Positions 19,974 to 30,793 of a stretch of 64,000 nucleotides of DNA are shown piece by piece. The notes beneath the pieces were generated by a model. The model had not been told where the DNA came from. It did not search any database and was given only the letters and a program-made list of their open reading frames with translations. This DNA is from Candidatus Brocadiia bacterium (GTDB taxonomy: Bacteria > Planctomycetota > Brocadiia > CAIUPP01), in the NCBI GenBank assembly GCA_050015075.1, contig JBEKCB010000004.1, forward strand, positions 64,001 to 128,000, given 5' to 3'. Numbering within the stretch: the first letter of the stretch is position 1; every line of letters begins with the position of its first letter. The position numbers were made by a program, and so were the translations under genes.

Positions 19974-20003
19974 TTGCGATCTCGATCGGAACTGCGGTAT
20001 AAT
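19974..20003 (+). promoter_or_regulatory. Putative sigma70 promoter
   Basis: TTGCGA-N18-TATAAT upstream of 20064. Confidence 0.55.
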
Positions 20004-20063
20004 TCATAAAGGCGGCCTTGCAGGCCACCCGATTTCGCCCCATTTCCTGCACCTCGGATTCCC

Positions 20064-21110
20064 ATGGCCAAGGCGGTTGCGCTGCTTTCCGGCGGGCTCG
20101 ACAGCATGCTGGCGATTCGGCTGCTGGTCGGACAGGGTGTCGCGGTCGAGGCGCTGCATTTCGTCAGCGTGTTCGACTGCGGCGCGACCGACGCGGAGAA
20201 TTGCGCTTCGTCGCAGCGCGCGGCGGCGCAGCTCGGCGTGCCGCTGCGGTTCGAGGAGATCAGCGCCGAGTTGCTCGAGATCGTCAAGAACCCGAAGCAC
20301 GGCCGCGGCAGCAACATGAACCCGTGCATTGACTGCCACGCGATGATGGTCCGCCGGGCGGCGCGCGTGATGCGCTCGGTCGGCGCCGACTTCCTCTGCA
20401 CCGGGGAAGTGCTCGGCGAGCGGCCGATGTCGCAGCGCCGCGACGCGCTGGGGATCGTCGAACGCGACGCCGGCGTCGAAGGGCTTCTCCTGCGCCCGCT
20501 CTGTGCGCAGTTGCTCGAGCCGACGATCCCGGAGCAGAAAGGCTGGGTGGACCGCGCGAAGCTCCAGCGGATCTCCGGCCGATGCCGGAAGCCGCAATTC
20601 GAGTTGGCCAAGGCGCTCAACATCGGCCCGTTTCCGACTCCGGCCGGCGGCTGCCTGCTGACGGACCCGGGCTTCTCGGCGCGGATGCGCGACCTGCTGA
20701 AGTACCAGCCGGATTGCACGCCGGACGACGTGCGCCTGCTCAAGGTCGGACGGCATTTCCGGCTGAGTCCGGCGGTGCGCGTCGTCGTCGGCCGGAACGA
20801 GGGGGAAAACCACGTCCTCGAGGCTCTCGCGCGGGCCGACGACTTGTTGATCGAAGCCGCGCAGCATTCCGGCCCGCTGGCGCTGCTGCGCGGATCCGCC
20901 TCCGAGGCGGAGCTGGTCCAGGCCGCCTCCGTGACGCTTCGCTACGGAAAAGCGGCGAAGCTCCCGAGCGCTCCCGTGCGAGCCTGGAAATCCGGCGCGC
21001 CCCGCGAAGAGGCCCGGCTCATCGAAGCGCAGCCCGCTTCCGAGGAAATCCTCGACCGTCTGCGCATCGCCGCGCTCGAGGGAAAACGGAGGCGCGATGC
21101 CGGAGAATGA
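20064..21110 (+). CDS. PP-loop tRNA sulfurtransferase-like protein (ThiI/MnmA-like, no THUMP domain)
   Basis: LSGGLDS PP-loop, NPCIDCH, GEVLGERPMSQ, PAGGC. Confidence 0.85.
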   Translation: MAKAVALLSGGLDSMLAIRLLVGQGVAVEALHFVSVFDCGATDAENCASSQRAAAQLGVPLRFEEISAELLEIVKNPKHGRGSNMNPCIDCHAMMVRRAARVMRSVGADFLCTGEVLGERPMSQRRDALGIVERDAGVEGLLLRPLCAQLLEPTIPEQKGWVDRAKLQRISGRCRKPQFELAKALNIGPFPTPAGGCLLTDPGFSARMRDLLKYQPDCTPDDVRLLKVGRHFRLSPAVRVVVGRNEGENHVLEALARADDLLIEAAQHSGPLALLRGSASEAELVQAASVTLRYGKAAKLPSAPVRAWKSGAPREEARLIEAQPASEEILDRLRIAALEGKRRRDAGE

Positions 21111-22089
21111 TCGGACGCCGGAGCGGCCGGCACTGGGATATTACCCGTTCAGCGAGTATCTCAAGCGCCGCTTCGGCTGCAAGGTGCACAAGGTGAGCCT
21201 GCACGCGGGCTTCACCTGCCCGAACCGCGACGGCAAGGCCGGCGTCGGCGGCTGCACCTACTGCATCAACGAAAGCTTCAGCCCGCAGGTCCGCGAGACG
21301 ACCGGCGGGCAAGCCGGCAAGCCGCCTCGCTCGGTCCGCGAACAGATGGCGGACGGCATTGCGTACATGCGCGCGCGGTACCGCGCGAAGAAATTCTTCG
21401 CCTATTTCCAGGCCTTCAGCAACACCTACGCGCCGGTCGAGAAGTTGCGCGCGCTCTACGACGAGGCGATCGCGTTTCCCGACGTGGTCGGGCTGGATAT
21501 CGGAACCCGGCCCGACTGCGTTCCCGCCGAGGTGCTCGACCTGGTCGAGAGCTACACAAGCAGAGTCGAAGTCTGGCTCGAGTATGGCCTTCAGAGCGCA
21601 CACGATGCGACGCTGCGGCGCGTGAACCGCGGGCACGATTTCGCGACGTTCCGCGACGCCGTCGAGCGCACGAGGGGCCGCAACATCCGCATCTGCGCAC
21701 ACGTGATCCTCGGCCTGCCCGGCGAGACGCGCGAGCAGATGATGCAGACCGCGCTGGCCTTGCAGCCGCTCGGGCTGGACGCGATCAAACTGCATCACCT
21801 GTACGTCGCCCGCGGCACGCCGCTCGAGGCGGAATACCGGGCCGGGCGCCTGCGCCTGTTCTCGGCGAGCGAGTATGTCGCTGTCGCGTGCGATTTCCTC
21901 GAGCGCATCCCGGACACCGTCGCCGTGCAGAGGCTCGTTGGCGACACGACCAGCGAGGGCGTGCTCGTTGCGCCGGTCTGGCCGGAGCCGAAGACGGAAA
22001 TCCTCCGGCTGATCGCGCAGGAATTCCAGCGCCGCGGCACGCGCCAGGGCGCTCTCGTGCACGGGCTGATTTCATTTTCCGCCGTTTGA
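21097..22089 (+). CDS. TIGR01212/YhcC-family radical SAM protein
   Basis: GFTCPNRDG...GGCTYC, YFQAFSNTY, GTRPDC, HVILGLPGE. Confidence 0.92.
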   Translation: MPENDRTPERPALGYYPFSEYLKRRFGCKVHKVSLHAGFTCPNRDGKAGVGGCTYCINESFSPQVRETTGGQAGKPPRSVREQMADGIAYMRARYRAKKFFAYFQAFSNTYAPVEKLRALYDEAIAFPDVVGLDIGTRPDCVPAEVLDLVESYTSRVEVWLEYGLQSAHDATLRRVNRGHDFATFRDAVERTRGRNIRICAHVILGLPGETREQMMQTALALQPLGLDAIKLHHLYVARGTPLEAEYRAGRLRLFSASEYVAVACDFLERIPDTVAVQRLVGDTTSEGVLVAPVWPEPKTEILRLIAQEFQRRGTRQGALVHGLISFSAV

Positions 22090-22117
22090 TCCGGGTTTCG
22101 CCGGCAGGAGGCCGTTC

Positions 22118-23752
22118 GTGGAACATTTGCGCGAAAGACGCTACCTCGTTTCCTTCGACGCGCCGCAGGTGCCACAGGTTTTCACCGACGTGCTCGTCAT
22201 CGGAAGCGGCGTGGCCGGGCTGCGCGCGGCGCTGGCGGCGGCCGAGGATGCCGACGTACTCGTCATCGCCAAGGGGCGGCTAGACGAGAGCAACACCGCG
22301 CAGGCGCAGGGCGGCATCGCCGGCGCGATGGACCCCGGCGACAGCGCGGCCTCGCACATGGCCGACACGCTGACGGTCGGCCAGGGACTCTGCGACCGCG
22401 GAGTCGTCGAGGCGATCACCGCCGAGGCGCCGGAGCGCATCGGCGAGTTGATCGGCTGGGGGGCCCAGTTCGACCGGGAAGGCGGCGCGCTGGCGCTGAC
22501 GCGCGAGGGCGGACATTCGACCTCGCGCATCGTCCACGCGCTCGGCGACGCCACCGGCAAGGAGGTCGCCGCGACGCTGATCCGGCGCGCGACGACGACT
22601 CCGGCGATCCAGGTGCTCGAGGGCGCCTTCGTACTCGACCTGATCACGTCGGTCAGCGGCACGTGCCTCGGCGCGCTGCTTCAGGACCCGCGCCGAGGGC
22701 TGATGATCGCGTGGGCGAAGGCGACGATCCTCGCCTCCGGCGGCGCGGGACGGATCTACCGCGAGACGACCAACCCGCCGGTCGCGACCGGCGACGGTAT
22801 CGCGATGGCCTATCGCGCCGGGGCCGAGCTGTGCGACCTGGAGTTCTACCAGTTCCATCCGACCGCGCTCTACATCGCCGGCGCGTCGCGCGCGCTGATT
22901 AGCGAGGCCGTCCGCGGCGAGGGTGGAATTCTGCTGAACGCGCGCGGCGAGCGGTTCATGCCCCGCTACGATCCGCGCGCCGAGCTGGCGCCGCGCGACG
23001 CGGTCAGCCGCGCGATCGTCGCGGAGATCCGCGCCACGGGTACCACCTGCGCTTACCTCGACATGCGCCACATCGCGCCCGAGCGGCTGGCGAAGCGCTT
23101 TCCCGGCATCCGCGACCTGTGCGCGCAGTTCGACATTGACATCGCCAAGGACCTGGTGCCGATCCGGCCGGCGGCGCATTACATGATCGGCGGCGTGCGC
23201 GTCGGCCTCGACGGCGTGACTACGGTGCCGCGGCTGCTGGCGTGCGGTGAGGTGGCCTGCACCGGCTTGCACGGCGCGAACCGTCTGGGAAGCAATTCGC
23301 TGCTCGAAGGGCTCGTCGTCGGCTATCATGCCGGCACCGAGGCGCGCGCCCTGGCAGCCCGGGAGTCGCCTGAGCCGCCGTATCAGCGGCTCAGGGTGCG
23401 GCTGGCCGCGGCGCAGCGCGACGCGATTGACGTCGGCGACGTGACCAACGCGCTCCGTGGGCAGACCTGGCGCGACCTCGGCATCGAGCGCAACCGCTTC
23501 GGGCTCGAGGAGGCGATCCACATGATCGGCTTCTGGGCGCGGTACGTGATGGACAAGGAATTCCACGACCGCGCCGGCTGGGAGCTTCAGAACATGCTGC
23601 TCGTCTCGCGCCTGATCGCCGAGGCGGCGCTGCAGCGCGACGAGAGCCGCGGCGTGCATTGCAGGACGGATTTCCCCGAGACCGATGACGCACGCTGGAA
23701 ATGCCGCATCGTGATGCGCCGAGAATCGAACCCCGAACTCCGCCCGGTGTAA
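22118..23752 (+). CDS. nadB: L-aspartate oxidase
   Basis: IGSGVAGL, AQGGIA, REGGHS, QFHPT, SEAVRGEG, HGANRLGSNSLLE. Confidence 0.95.
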   Translation: MEHLRERRYLVSFDAPQVPQVFTDVLVIGSGVAGLRAALAAAEDADVLVIAKGRLDESNTAQAQGGIAGAMDPGDSAASHMADTLTVGQGLCDRGVVEAITAEAPERIGELIGWGAQFDREGGALALTREGGHSTSRIVHALGDATGKEVAATLIRRATTTPAIQVLEGAFVLDLITSVSGTCLGALLQDPRRGLMIAWAKATILASGGAGRIYRETTNPPVATGDGIAMAYRAGAELCDLEFYQFHPTALYIAGASRALISEAVRGEGGILLNARGERFMPRYDPRAELAPRDAVSRAIVAEIRATGTTCAYLDMRHIAPERLAKRFPGIRDLCAQFDIDIAKDLVPIRPAAHYMIGGVRVGLDGVTTVPRLLACGEVACTGLHGANRLGSNSLLEGLVVGYHAGTEARALAARESPEPPYQRLRVRLAAAQRDAIDVGDVTNALRGQTWRDLGIERNRFGLEEAIHMIGFWARYVMDKEFHDRAGWELQNMLLVSRLIAEAALQRDESRGVHCRTDFPETDDARWKCRIVMRRESNPELRPV

Positions 23753-23756
23753 CTCC

Positions 23757-24779
23757 ATGCCCGAGGGACCGGCGCCCGTCAGCAATTCGCGTCTCCGCCT
23801 GTCGAGCGGCGCCGAGGCGGCGATCCGCTGCGCGCAGCCGCCACTGCCGCCCGATGAAGCGCGGCGCTTCGCGCGGCTCGTGGAATGTTTCCTCGTGGAG
23901 GAATATCTCAACGACATCCTCCTCGGAAAATTTTACGAGGAGGCCTGCTTTACCGGCGGGATGGGACTCCTCGGCGACCAGGTGCTGGCGACATGCTGGA
24001 GCGGATCGGGCAGAGAGCGCCCGGACATCGCCGTCATGGGCGGCGTCGCCACGGCTGAGGCGTATCGCGGGCAGGGCCTCGCATCGGCGGTGGTGGGCGC
24101 GGTCTGCGAGCGCTTCGACTTCGCAGGTGGCCGCATCCTCTGCCTCGGCACCAGTAACCCGGCCGCGCGACGCATCTACGAGCGGCTGGGCTTCCGGGCG
24201 GTCGCCGGACAAATCTTCTGCAGGACCGCGCGCGGGGCTCGGCTGGATGAAGGCTTCGCGGCCGGCCAGACCGTGGCCGCGCGCCCGGCTTCGTGGCGCG
24301 AGATGGCCTCCATCGTCCCGCTTTACCTGCTCCGGCACCCCTGCGTGCTCGCGGACGCGGGCACCGGGCTGCTTTCGGCGCGCGTGGCAGAGCCGCGGCG
24401 CTGCGTGCGCATTTTCTGGGACTTGTGGAAGAGCATCGCGCCGGCGGGAAGATGGGCGGTCCTCCGAAACGATCTGGGCTGGCCGGTCGCCAGCGCGCTA
24501 GCGCGCCCTGCCGCGACGGCGGCAGCCGGGTTTTCCGTGGACTTTCTCTGGCATCCCGATTATTCTGTGCAGGCGGCAGCTTTCGCAGGCGGTTGGCTGG
24601 AGGAGATCGAAGCGGCATCGGGCCGCGCGTGCCGTATGCTGATCTGCGAGGGCGACGACTGGAAACTCCGCGAGGCGCGCGCGCTGGGCTTCGAGCGCGG
24701 CGAGGGCGACGGCGGAACCGTGGACATCAATGGGCGCAAGGTCGCGCTGCTGAAGTTTGTTCGGAAGAGACAGTTGTGA
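23757..24779 (+). CDS. GNAT-family acetyltransferase-domain protein
   Basis: VATAEAYRGQGLA acetyl-CoA motif and ARRIYERLGF. Confidence 0.8.
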   Translation: MPEGPAPVSNSRLRLSSGAEAAIRCAQPPLPPDEARRFARLVECFLVEEYLNDILLGKFYEEACFTGGMGLLGDQVLATCWSGSGRERPDIAVMGGVATAEAYRGQGLASAVVGAVCERFDFAGGRILCLGTSNPAARRIYERLGFRAVAGQIFCRTARGARLDEGFAAGQTVAARPASWREMASIVPLYLLRHPCVLADAGTGLLSARVAEPRRCVRIFWDLWKSIAPAGRWAVLRNDLGWPVASALARPAATAAAGFSVDFLWHPDYSVQAAAFAGGWLEEIEAASGRACRMLICEGDDWKLREARALGFERGEGDGGTVDINGRKVALLKFVRKRQL

Positions 24780-24833
24780 TTGCGGACGCTAAAAACTGAT
24801 TCGATAGCGAACGCCACAAGGAGGAAAAGCGGT

Positions 24834-25856
24834 ATGCCTAAAATCATCATGGCGCGGGCGCCGGTGCGGAATGCGGACCTGGGCGGGTGGCGCGACACGC
24901 GGCTCTTCTCGTCCGGGAAGGTGCTGAACATGGCCATCCGGCTGTACACCTACGTCTCGCTGGTGCCGATGGAGGAAAGCGGCTACCGGATCGAGAGCCA
25001 CGACATGGGTGGCTCGGAACACGTCCGGAGCGTGCGCGAAATGGAATATGCCGGCGCGCTGGGCTTGCTCAAGGCGGCGATCGGAAGCGTGGGCGCCGCC
25101 GGCGGGTTGAAGCTGATCGTCCGGTCCGAGGCGCCGCCGGCGTCCGGGCTCGGCTCGTCCGCCGCGCTCGCGGTCGCGACGCTGGGCGCGCTCTATCGGC
25201 ACGAGGACCGCCTGTTGCTGCCGAGCCAGATCGCCTCCAACGCGCAGCGGCTCGAGACGGAACTGCTCAAGCTCGAATGCGGCGTGCAGGACCAGTTGGC
25301 GGCGGCGTTCGGCGGGATCAACTTCATCGAGGTCAACTATCCGGATGCGCGCGTGACCCCCCTACCGATCTCCGACGCGATGCTGTGCGACCTCGAGGCG
25401 AACATGCTGGTCGTCTACACCGGCAAGTCGCATTTTTCCAGCGCCACGCACAAGCGCGTCATCGCCAACTTCGAGAAGCATGAACCGCGCGTGCTGCGCG
25501 CATTCGACAGCCTCGACACAACTGCGGAACTGGGCGCGGAGGCGCTGATGCGCGGGAACCTCGCCGCATACGCCGATGCGCTCAACCGCAACTGGGAATA
25601 TCAGAAGCAGCTCGACAGCAGCATCACCACGCCGCAGGTGGACGACCTCGAGCGCCGCGCCGCGAAACTCGGCGGCATCGGCTTTAAGCTCAACGGCGCC
25701 GGCGCCGGGGGCACCGCCGTCGTCATCTGCGCGCGCAACACCCAGAAAGCCGTCCTGACGATGATCGAGAAAGAGTTCCCAGAAGCCATCTCCTACCGCG
25801 CCAAGATTGACATCGGCCGCTGCCAAGGCCTGCAGGTTTGGGCGGCGGAGGCGTAG
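24834..25856 (+). CDS. GHMP-family sugar kinase (HddA/fucokinase-like)
   Basis: APVRNADLGG, PPASGLGSS, GVQDQ, KLNGAGAGG; AGGAGG RBS. Confidence 0.88.
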   Translation: MPKIIMARAPVRNADLGGWRDTRLFSSGKVLNMAIRLYTYVSLVPMEESGYRIESHDMGGSEHVRSVREMEYAGALGLLKAAIGSVGAAGGLKLIVRSEAPPASGLGSSAALAVATLGALYRHEDRLLLPSQIASNAQRLETELLKLECGVQDQLAAAFGGINFIEVNYPDARVTPLPISDAMLCDLEANMLVVYTGKSHFSSATHKRVIANFEKHEPRVLRAFDSLDTTAELGAEALMRGNLAAYADALNRNWEYQKQLDSSITTPQVDDLERRAAKLGGIGFKLNGAGAGGTAVVICARNTQKAVLTMIEKEFPEAISYRAKIDIGRCQGLQVWAAEA

Positions 25857-25875
25857 AAGTGCGGAAGTAGAAGTG

Positions 25876-27414
25876 CTACTCCGCTGACGAGAGTCGTGTC
25901 AGGTCGGCGAAATCGCCTTTCAACGAACGATAGAGCTTCTGGAACATGGGGTAGTTCCGGTTGTAGAGTCGCACGGCCTGCGGTCTTGGGCGCGTGACGC
26001 TGGTGATGCGGATGCAGGAGTCGCACGCTTCGCGGATGTCCTTGAAGGCGCCGGTGCCTACGCCGGCCAGTAACGCTGCGCCGAACGCGGGGCCTTCCGA
26101 GGTGTTGATCGTCTTGACGGTCCGCCCGAAAACATCCGCCTGCATCTGACGCCAGAACCGGCTCCGCGCGCCGCCGCCGCTGACGCGGATTTCGCGGATC
26201 GGCACGCCCATCCCCTGAATGATCTCCAGCGAGTCGCGCATCCCGAACGTGACGCCTTCGAGCAGCGACCGGATCATGTGCGCTTTGCCGTGCCGCGCGG
26301 TGAGACCGATCCACGCGGCCTTCGCGTGCGGGTCCGCGTGCGGCGTCCGCTCGCCGGTGAGGTACGGCAGGAAGAAAAGTCCCTCCGATCCCGCCGGCGC
26401 GCGGGCCGCCTCGGCGCAGAGGAGGTCGTACGGGTCTTTTTTGCGGCGCGCGGCTTCGGCGCGCTCCGTGTCGGCAAGGTTGTTGCGGTACCACTGGAAC
26501 GATCCGCCGGCGGAGAGCATGACGCCCATGACGTGCCACTTGCCGCGGACGGCGTGGCAGAACGTGTGGACGCGGCCGAGCGGGTCAATCTGGACTTCGT
26601 CGGCGAAGGCGAAGACGACGCCTGAGGTGCCAAGTGTTGCCGAGATCACACCGGCGCGGACGATGCCGTTTCCGACGGCGCCGGCGGCCTGGTCTCCGCC
26701 GCCGCCGACGATCGGCAAGCCGGGGCGGACACCGAGGAGGCGCGCGGATTCGGCGGAGACGACGGACGAGACCTCCTCGGACTCGAAGCAGTCCGGCAGC
26801 AGGTCGCGCGGGATGCCGAGCGCGGAGAGCAGCGCGCCGGACCAGCGCCGGCGGCGCACGTCGAGCAGTAGCGTGCCGGACGCGTCGGAGACCTCGGTGG
26901 CGAATTCGCCGCCGAGCCGGAAGCGGATGTAGTCCTTTGGAAGGAGGACCTTTTTCGCGCGTTCGTACACTTTCGGCTCACGCTTGCGGACCCAGAGGAT
27001 TTTCGGCGCGGTGAACCCGGTGAGCGCCGGGTTGGCGACGAGCGAGATCAGCCGCCGCCGGCCGCCGGCCTTCTGCGTAATCTCCTCGCACTCCTCGGCG
27101 GTGCGCTGGTCATTCCAGAGAATGGCCGGGCGCAGCACCCGCTTGGATTTGTCCAGGAGCACTGCGCCGTGCATCTGGCCGCTCAAGCCGATCCCTTGAA
27201 CTTCGCCGCCTTTGACGCCGGCCGATTGGAGAACGCTGCGGATACCGGCGACCGTGGCGCGCCACCAGTCCTCGGGGTTCTGCTCGGACCAAAGCGGTTT
27301 CGGGTGAGAAGCGGGATATTCTTTCGTGGCGCTCGCGAGAATTCGGCCGCGGTCGTCGCAGAGGAGCGTTTTTGCGCCGGAGGTCCCTATGTCAATCCCG
27401 AGAAGATAGCCCAT
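25876..27414 (-). CDS. xylB: Xylulokinase
   Basis: [38 protein letters not shown]. Confidence 0.93.
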   Translation of the reverse strand: MGYLLGIDIGTSGAKTLLCDDRGRILASATKEYPASHPKPLWSEQNPEDWWRATVAGIRSVLQSAGVKGGEVQGIGLSGQMHGAVLLDKSKRVLRPAILWNDQRTAEECEEITQKAGGRRRLISLVANPALTGFTAPKILWVRKREPKVYERAKKVLLPKDYIRFRLGGEFATEVSDASGTLLLDVRRRRWSGALLSALGIPRDLLPDCFESEEVSSVVSAESARLLGVRPGLPIVGGGGDQAAGAVGNGIVRAGVISATLGTSGVVFAFADEVQIDPLGRVHTFCHAVRGKWHVMGVMLSAGGSFQWYRNNLADTERAEAARRKKDPYDLLCAEAARAPAGSEGLFFLPYLTGERTPHADPHAKAAWIGLTARHGKAHMIRSLLEGVTFGMRDSLEIIQGMGVPIREIRVSGGGARSRFWRQMQADVFGRTVKTINTSEGPAFGAALLAGVGTGAFKDIREACDSCIRITSVTRPRPQAVRLYNRNYPMFQKLYRSLKGDFADLTRLSSAE

Positions 27415-27484
27415 CGCCGACTCCTGTCGAAAGTTGGACAGCGCGTTTCACACAAAGGCGAAAAGACGCCGAGAACGAATGCGG

Positions 27485-27530
27485 ATTCTATGGCGGCGCA
27501 GGCGAGGTGTCAACGCACATTGTCAACGCA
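27485..27530 (-). promoter_or_regulatory. sigma70 promoter for xylB with overlapping 10-bp direct repeat
   Basis: Minus strand TTGACA-N17-TAGAAT; TGTCAACGCA at 27508 and 27521. Confidence 0.6.
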
Positions 27531-27536
27531 GCGCGT

Positions 27537-28406
27537 TCAATCGCTGAGGCGCAAGCCGAGTTCCTCCGCGTGGCGGCGGACGCGGAGGTGTTCTTTGCTC
27601 GTCACGCGCCGGGCGAGTTCGGGGAAGTCGCGCGAGCGGCCGCCGGGATGATATTGATCCATGACGTTGACGTACGTGTTCGGCGAAATCTCGCTCGCGA
27701 TGAAGTCCAGGATCGCCATGGATTCTTCCGCGCCACCGGGCATGACGAGGTGGCGGACGAGCAGGCCGCGGACGGCGAGCCCGTCGCGGATTTCAAGATT
27801 GCCCACCTGCCGGTGCATCTCGCGCAGGGCGGACATCATCGCTTGCGGATAATCGGGAGCGGTGGTGTAGCGGCCGGCGGTTTCCGGCGAGAGGAATTTT
27901 GCGTCGGGCATGTAAATCTGCACCTGGCCCTCGAGCAGCCGCAGGATTTCCGGCCGCTCGTATCCGCCGCAGTTGAAGACGGTGGGAAGCCGCAGGCCGC
28001 GGGCGCGGGCGGTTTTGAGCGCCGCGAAAATCGCCGGGACCTGGTGCGTCGGCGTGACCCAGTTGATGTTGTGGCAGCCGGCGCGCTGCAGGTCCAGCAT
28101 GATTTCGGCGAGGTCGCCCTCGCTGATCCGGCGGCCCTCGCGAAGTTGGCTGGTCTGGTAGTTCTGGCAGAAGACGCAGCCGAGGTTGCAGCCGGTGAAG
28201 AAGATCGTCCCGGAGCCTCGCGTGCCGGCGAGCGGCGGCTCCTCGCCGAAGTGCGGTCCGGCGGAGCCGATCACCGGTTCGGCGCCGGTCTTGCAGACGC
28301 CGAGTTCGCCGGCCAGGCGGTCCACGCGGCACAGGTGCGGGCAGAGCACGCAGGAACGGAGAAGCGTTTGGAGTTTGTCCGGCACGCGCTCTGCAGCCTG
28401 TTCCAT
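27537..28406 (-). CDS. PflX-like radical SAM protein
   Basis: CVLCPHLC, HFGEE, CNLGCVFCQN, RHLVMPG. Confidence 0.9.
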   Translation of the reverse strand: MEQAAERVPDKLQTLLRSCVLCPHLCRVDRLAGELGVCKTGAEPVIGSAGPHFGEEPPLAGTRGSGTIFFTGCNLGCVFCQNYQTSQLREGRRISEGDLAEIMLDLQRAGCHNINWVTPTHQVPAIFAALKTARARGLRLPTVFNCGGYERPEILRLLEGQVQIYMPDAKFLSPETAGRYTTAPDYPQAMMSALREMHRQVGNLEIRDGLAVRGLLVRHLVMPGGAEESMAILDFIASEISPNTYVNVMDQYHPGGRSRDFPELARRVTSKEHLRVRRHAEELGLRLSD

Positions 28407-28452
28407 GGACGAGTACGATCAGGATTGCGATTACGAGTTCTTGAAACCCCGG

Positions 28453-30780
28453 CTACTGCGCGGCGACGGGGATCTCGAGTTCGACGATGCGCGTCACGCC
28501 CAGGTCCGCGACCAGGAACTCGATCTTTCCGGTCGCCTGGGCGGAACGGACGAGCCGCTCGAACTCTATGAGCGTCGTGGCCGGCTGGCCGTTGACGCTG
28601 GAGATGATCTCGTACGGCGAAATCTGCGCCACGGCCGCCCTGCTGCCGCCCTGGACCTGGCTGACGACGACGCCGGGCGCGTCGGACGGCAGCCGCAGCA
28701 CTTTGCGGACTTCGTAGGTCAGTTCGCGCACGGTCAGGCCGATCGAGGTCTCCTGGTACTGGTCGGCGTTATCGAAATCGTCCGGCGCCTTCTCCACGGT
28801 GAAGTCGAGGGTCTTCTCCTTGTTCTCCTGGAGCAGCCGAAGGTGCGCCTCGCGCCCGGGGCCGATTTGCGTGAGCAGCAGCGTCAGGTAATTGACCGTC
28901 GGCCGCCAGAGGCGCCCTTGAGTGTCGGACCTGCGGCCTTCGCCGCTGCCGGAGGGAACCGCCAAGTCAAGCTCCTCGGCGCGGCCCCGCAGGCTGATGG
29001 AGAGCAGAATATCGCCGGGCTTGATGCCGTTGCGCGTGGCGGGCGATGCGTCGTAGACGTCCGTGACCAGCAGGCCGCGGGCGCCACCGCGCGTGGCGTT
29101 CTCGGCATCCAGCGCGCGGGCGAGCGCGGGGGTCATCGGCTGGAACTCGACGCCGATCCAGGCCGGACGGAGCTCTTCCTTGCGCGACATCGGCCGGGCG
29201 AGCATGTCGAAATGCCCCTGCGGCGTGCGCAGCACCGCGGCGACCTCGGAAAAGAGATACGGTCTCGTCTGCCGCGCCGTGTCCTGTGTGTTGCGCTGGC
29301 GGGCGAGGATTTCGTCCTTGTCCTCCCTGCGGAAGGGCGCGCAGAAGCCGAGCAGGCGGCCGTCCTCGTCGGCGAGGAAATCGCCCACCCGCAGCGGTTT
29401 GCGCGGCACCGGGTAGCGCGACGCTTTGTACGACTTCGCGACGTCGAGATAGCGATTGTACTCGACCTCGTCGGACCGCTGTCCATAGCGCCGGCGCACG
29501 CTGAGCGAATAGAAGATCTTGCCGCGCGGGAGCGGCCCCTGGTCCACGAGCGCCGCCGGTTCGCCGGTGACCTTCTTGGCCTTGATGAGGAACCCGCCGA
29601 AGTCGCGGAACAGGCCGAGGAATTGAGTTTCAGTTCGCTGGTCTCCCTCGATCAGCGTGATCTTGTCAATCTTCCGCACGGTGAACCGGTCCAGGTCGGT
29701 CGGCACGAAGATCGTGCCGTCCTTGTCGAGCAACAGGCCGTACACCATCAGGCGGCCCTCTTCGAGCCGGAGTTCGTCCGAAACGCGGCTGTCGCTGCGG
29801 AACCGGATCTCGATCTCCTTCACGCTCGCCCGGGCGGCGGCGATGATCTTCTGCGAGGCGGCCGCCAGCGCGTCGGGCGTCCGCCGGTCGTCGGCCATGA
29901 TCCGCGTGCCGATCCAGGAGTCGGCGCCGTCGCTGCTCGTCCAGAGGCTGTTGTCCAGCCCGATGCCGATGGCGCGGCCGCGTCCGTCGAAGACGATTGG
30001 CGCGGTCGCCGGGGTGACATTCGAATAGACCTCATTTTCAGTCGGTTCCTGCCACCAGACCAACTGCATATGTTTCTCTTCGGCCTCGACGGCGACGGAC
30101 GACGCGAAGGTCTCGTCCACATCGAAGACCAGCGCGTCTTCGATGAAGGCCGGCGTGGCGAGGAGAAGCCTGTCGCCGGTCTGAAGGTCAGCCTTTTCAA
30201 AGGTGAGGCACGGCAGTTTCTGCGCCGGCGGCGTGACCGGCTCGAGGAGGACGGCGGCGTAGTGTTCGAGCACGCCGGCGACACGCATCGGCGTAGCGAT
30301 GCCGGCGGCGTCGGTCGCGGTGATTTCCTCGTAGCGCTTGAGCGGCAGGTTCGGGTCGCGGATGAGGACAAGGCCTTCGGCGCTCACGCGGACGCCGGAG
30401 ACGAGCACCGGAAGGCGCTCGCGCACGACGGCGTCGAACATCGCTTCGATCGGCGAGCGCTCTTCGTAGCTTGCCTCGCGCTCCTCGAGCACCTTGATCT
30501 TCACGCGTACCACGCACGGCGGCAGGGTCTCATAGGCCAGCTTGATCGCGGCGTCGGGCTTGTTGTCGGGCGGAACGGGCGGCACGGCGGGCGCAGCGAC
30601 CGGCTCAGCGGGCGCGGCGGCCGGCGCGGCGGGTGTAGCGGCCGGCTCAGCAGGCGCAGCGATCTCCGGCGCTGTCGCGGGAGCCGTCGGCGCCGCCGCA
30701 GGAGCGACCGGCGCGGCCTGCTGTGCGGCGGCCGATGCGGCGATCAGCGCGGCGGCGAGGAAACAGGTGAGCGCCTTCAT
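28453..30780 (-). CDS. Secreted PDZ-domain protein with degenerate protease-like N-terminal domains
   Basis: Signal peptide, Ala/Pro linker, two C-terminal PDZ-like segments (WIGVEFQ...SPA...GIKPGD; GVVVSQV...). Confidence 0.75.
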   Translation of the reverse strand: MKALTCFLAAALIAASAAAQQAAPVAPAAAPTAPATAPEIAAPAEPAATPAAPAAAPAEPVAAPAVPPVPPDNKPDAAIKLAYETLPPCVVRVKIKVLEEREASYEERSPIEAMFDAVVRERLPVLVSGVRVSAEGLVLIRDPNLPLKRYEEITATDAAGIATPMRVAGVLEHYAAVLLEPVTPPAQKLPCLTFEKADLQTGDRLLLATPAFIEDALVFDVDETFASSVAVEAEEKHMQLVWWQEPTENEVYSNVTPATAPIVFDGRGRAIGIGLDNSLWTSSDGADSWIGTRIMADDRRTPDALAAASQKIIAAARASVKEIEIRFRSDSRVSDELRLEEGRLMVYGLLLDKDGTIFVPTDLDRFTVRKIDKITLIEGDQRTETQFLGLFRDFGGFLIKAKKVTGEPAALVDQGPLPRGKIFYSLSVRRRYGQRSDEVEYNRYLDVAKSYKASRYPVPRKPLRVGDFLADEDGRLLGFCAPFRREDKDEILARQRNTQDTARQTRPYLFSEVAAVLRTPQGHFDMLARPMSRKEELRPAWIGVEFQPMTPALARALDAENATRGGARGLLVTDVYDASPATRNGIKPGDILLSISLRGRAEELDLAVPSGSGEGRRSDTQGRLWRPTVNYLTLLLTQIGPGREAHLRLLQENKEKTLDFTVEKAPDDFDNADQYQETSIGLTVRELTYEVRKVLRLPSDAPGVVVSQVQGGSRAAVAQISPYEIISSVNGQPATTLIEFERLVRSAQATGKIEFLVADLGVTRIVELEIPVAAQ

Positions 30781-30793
30781 TTTGGACTCCCGG

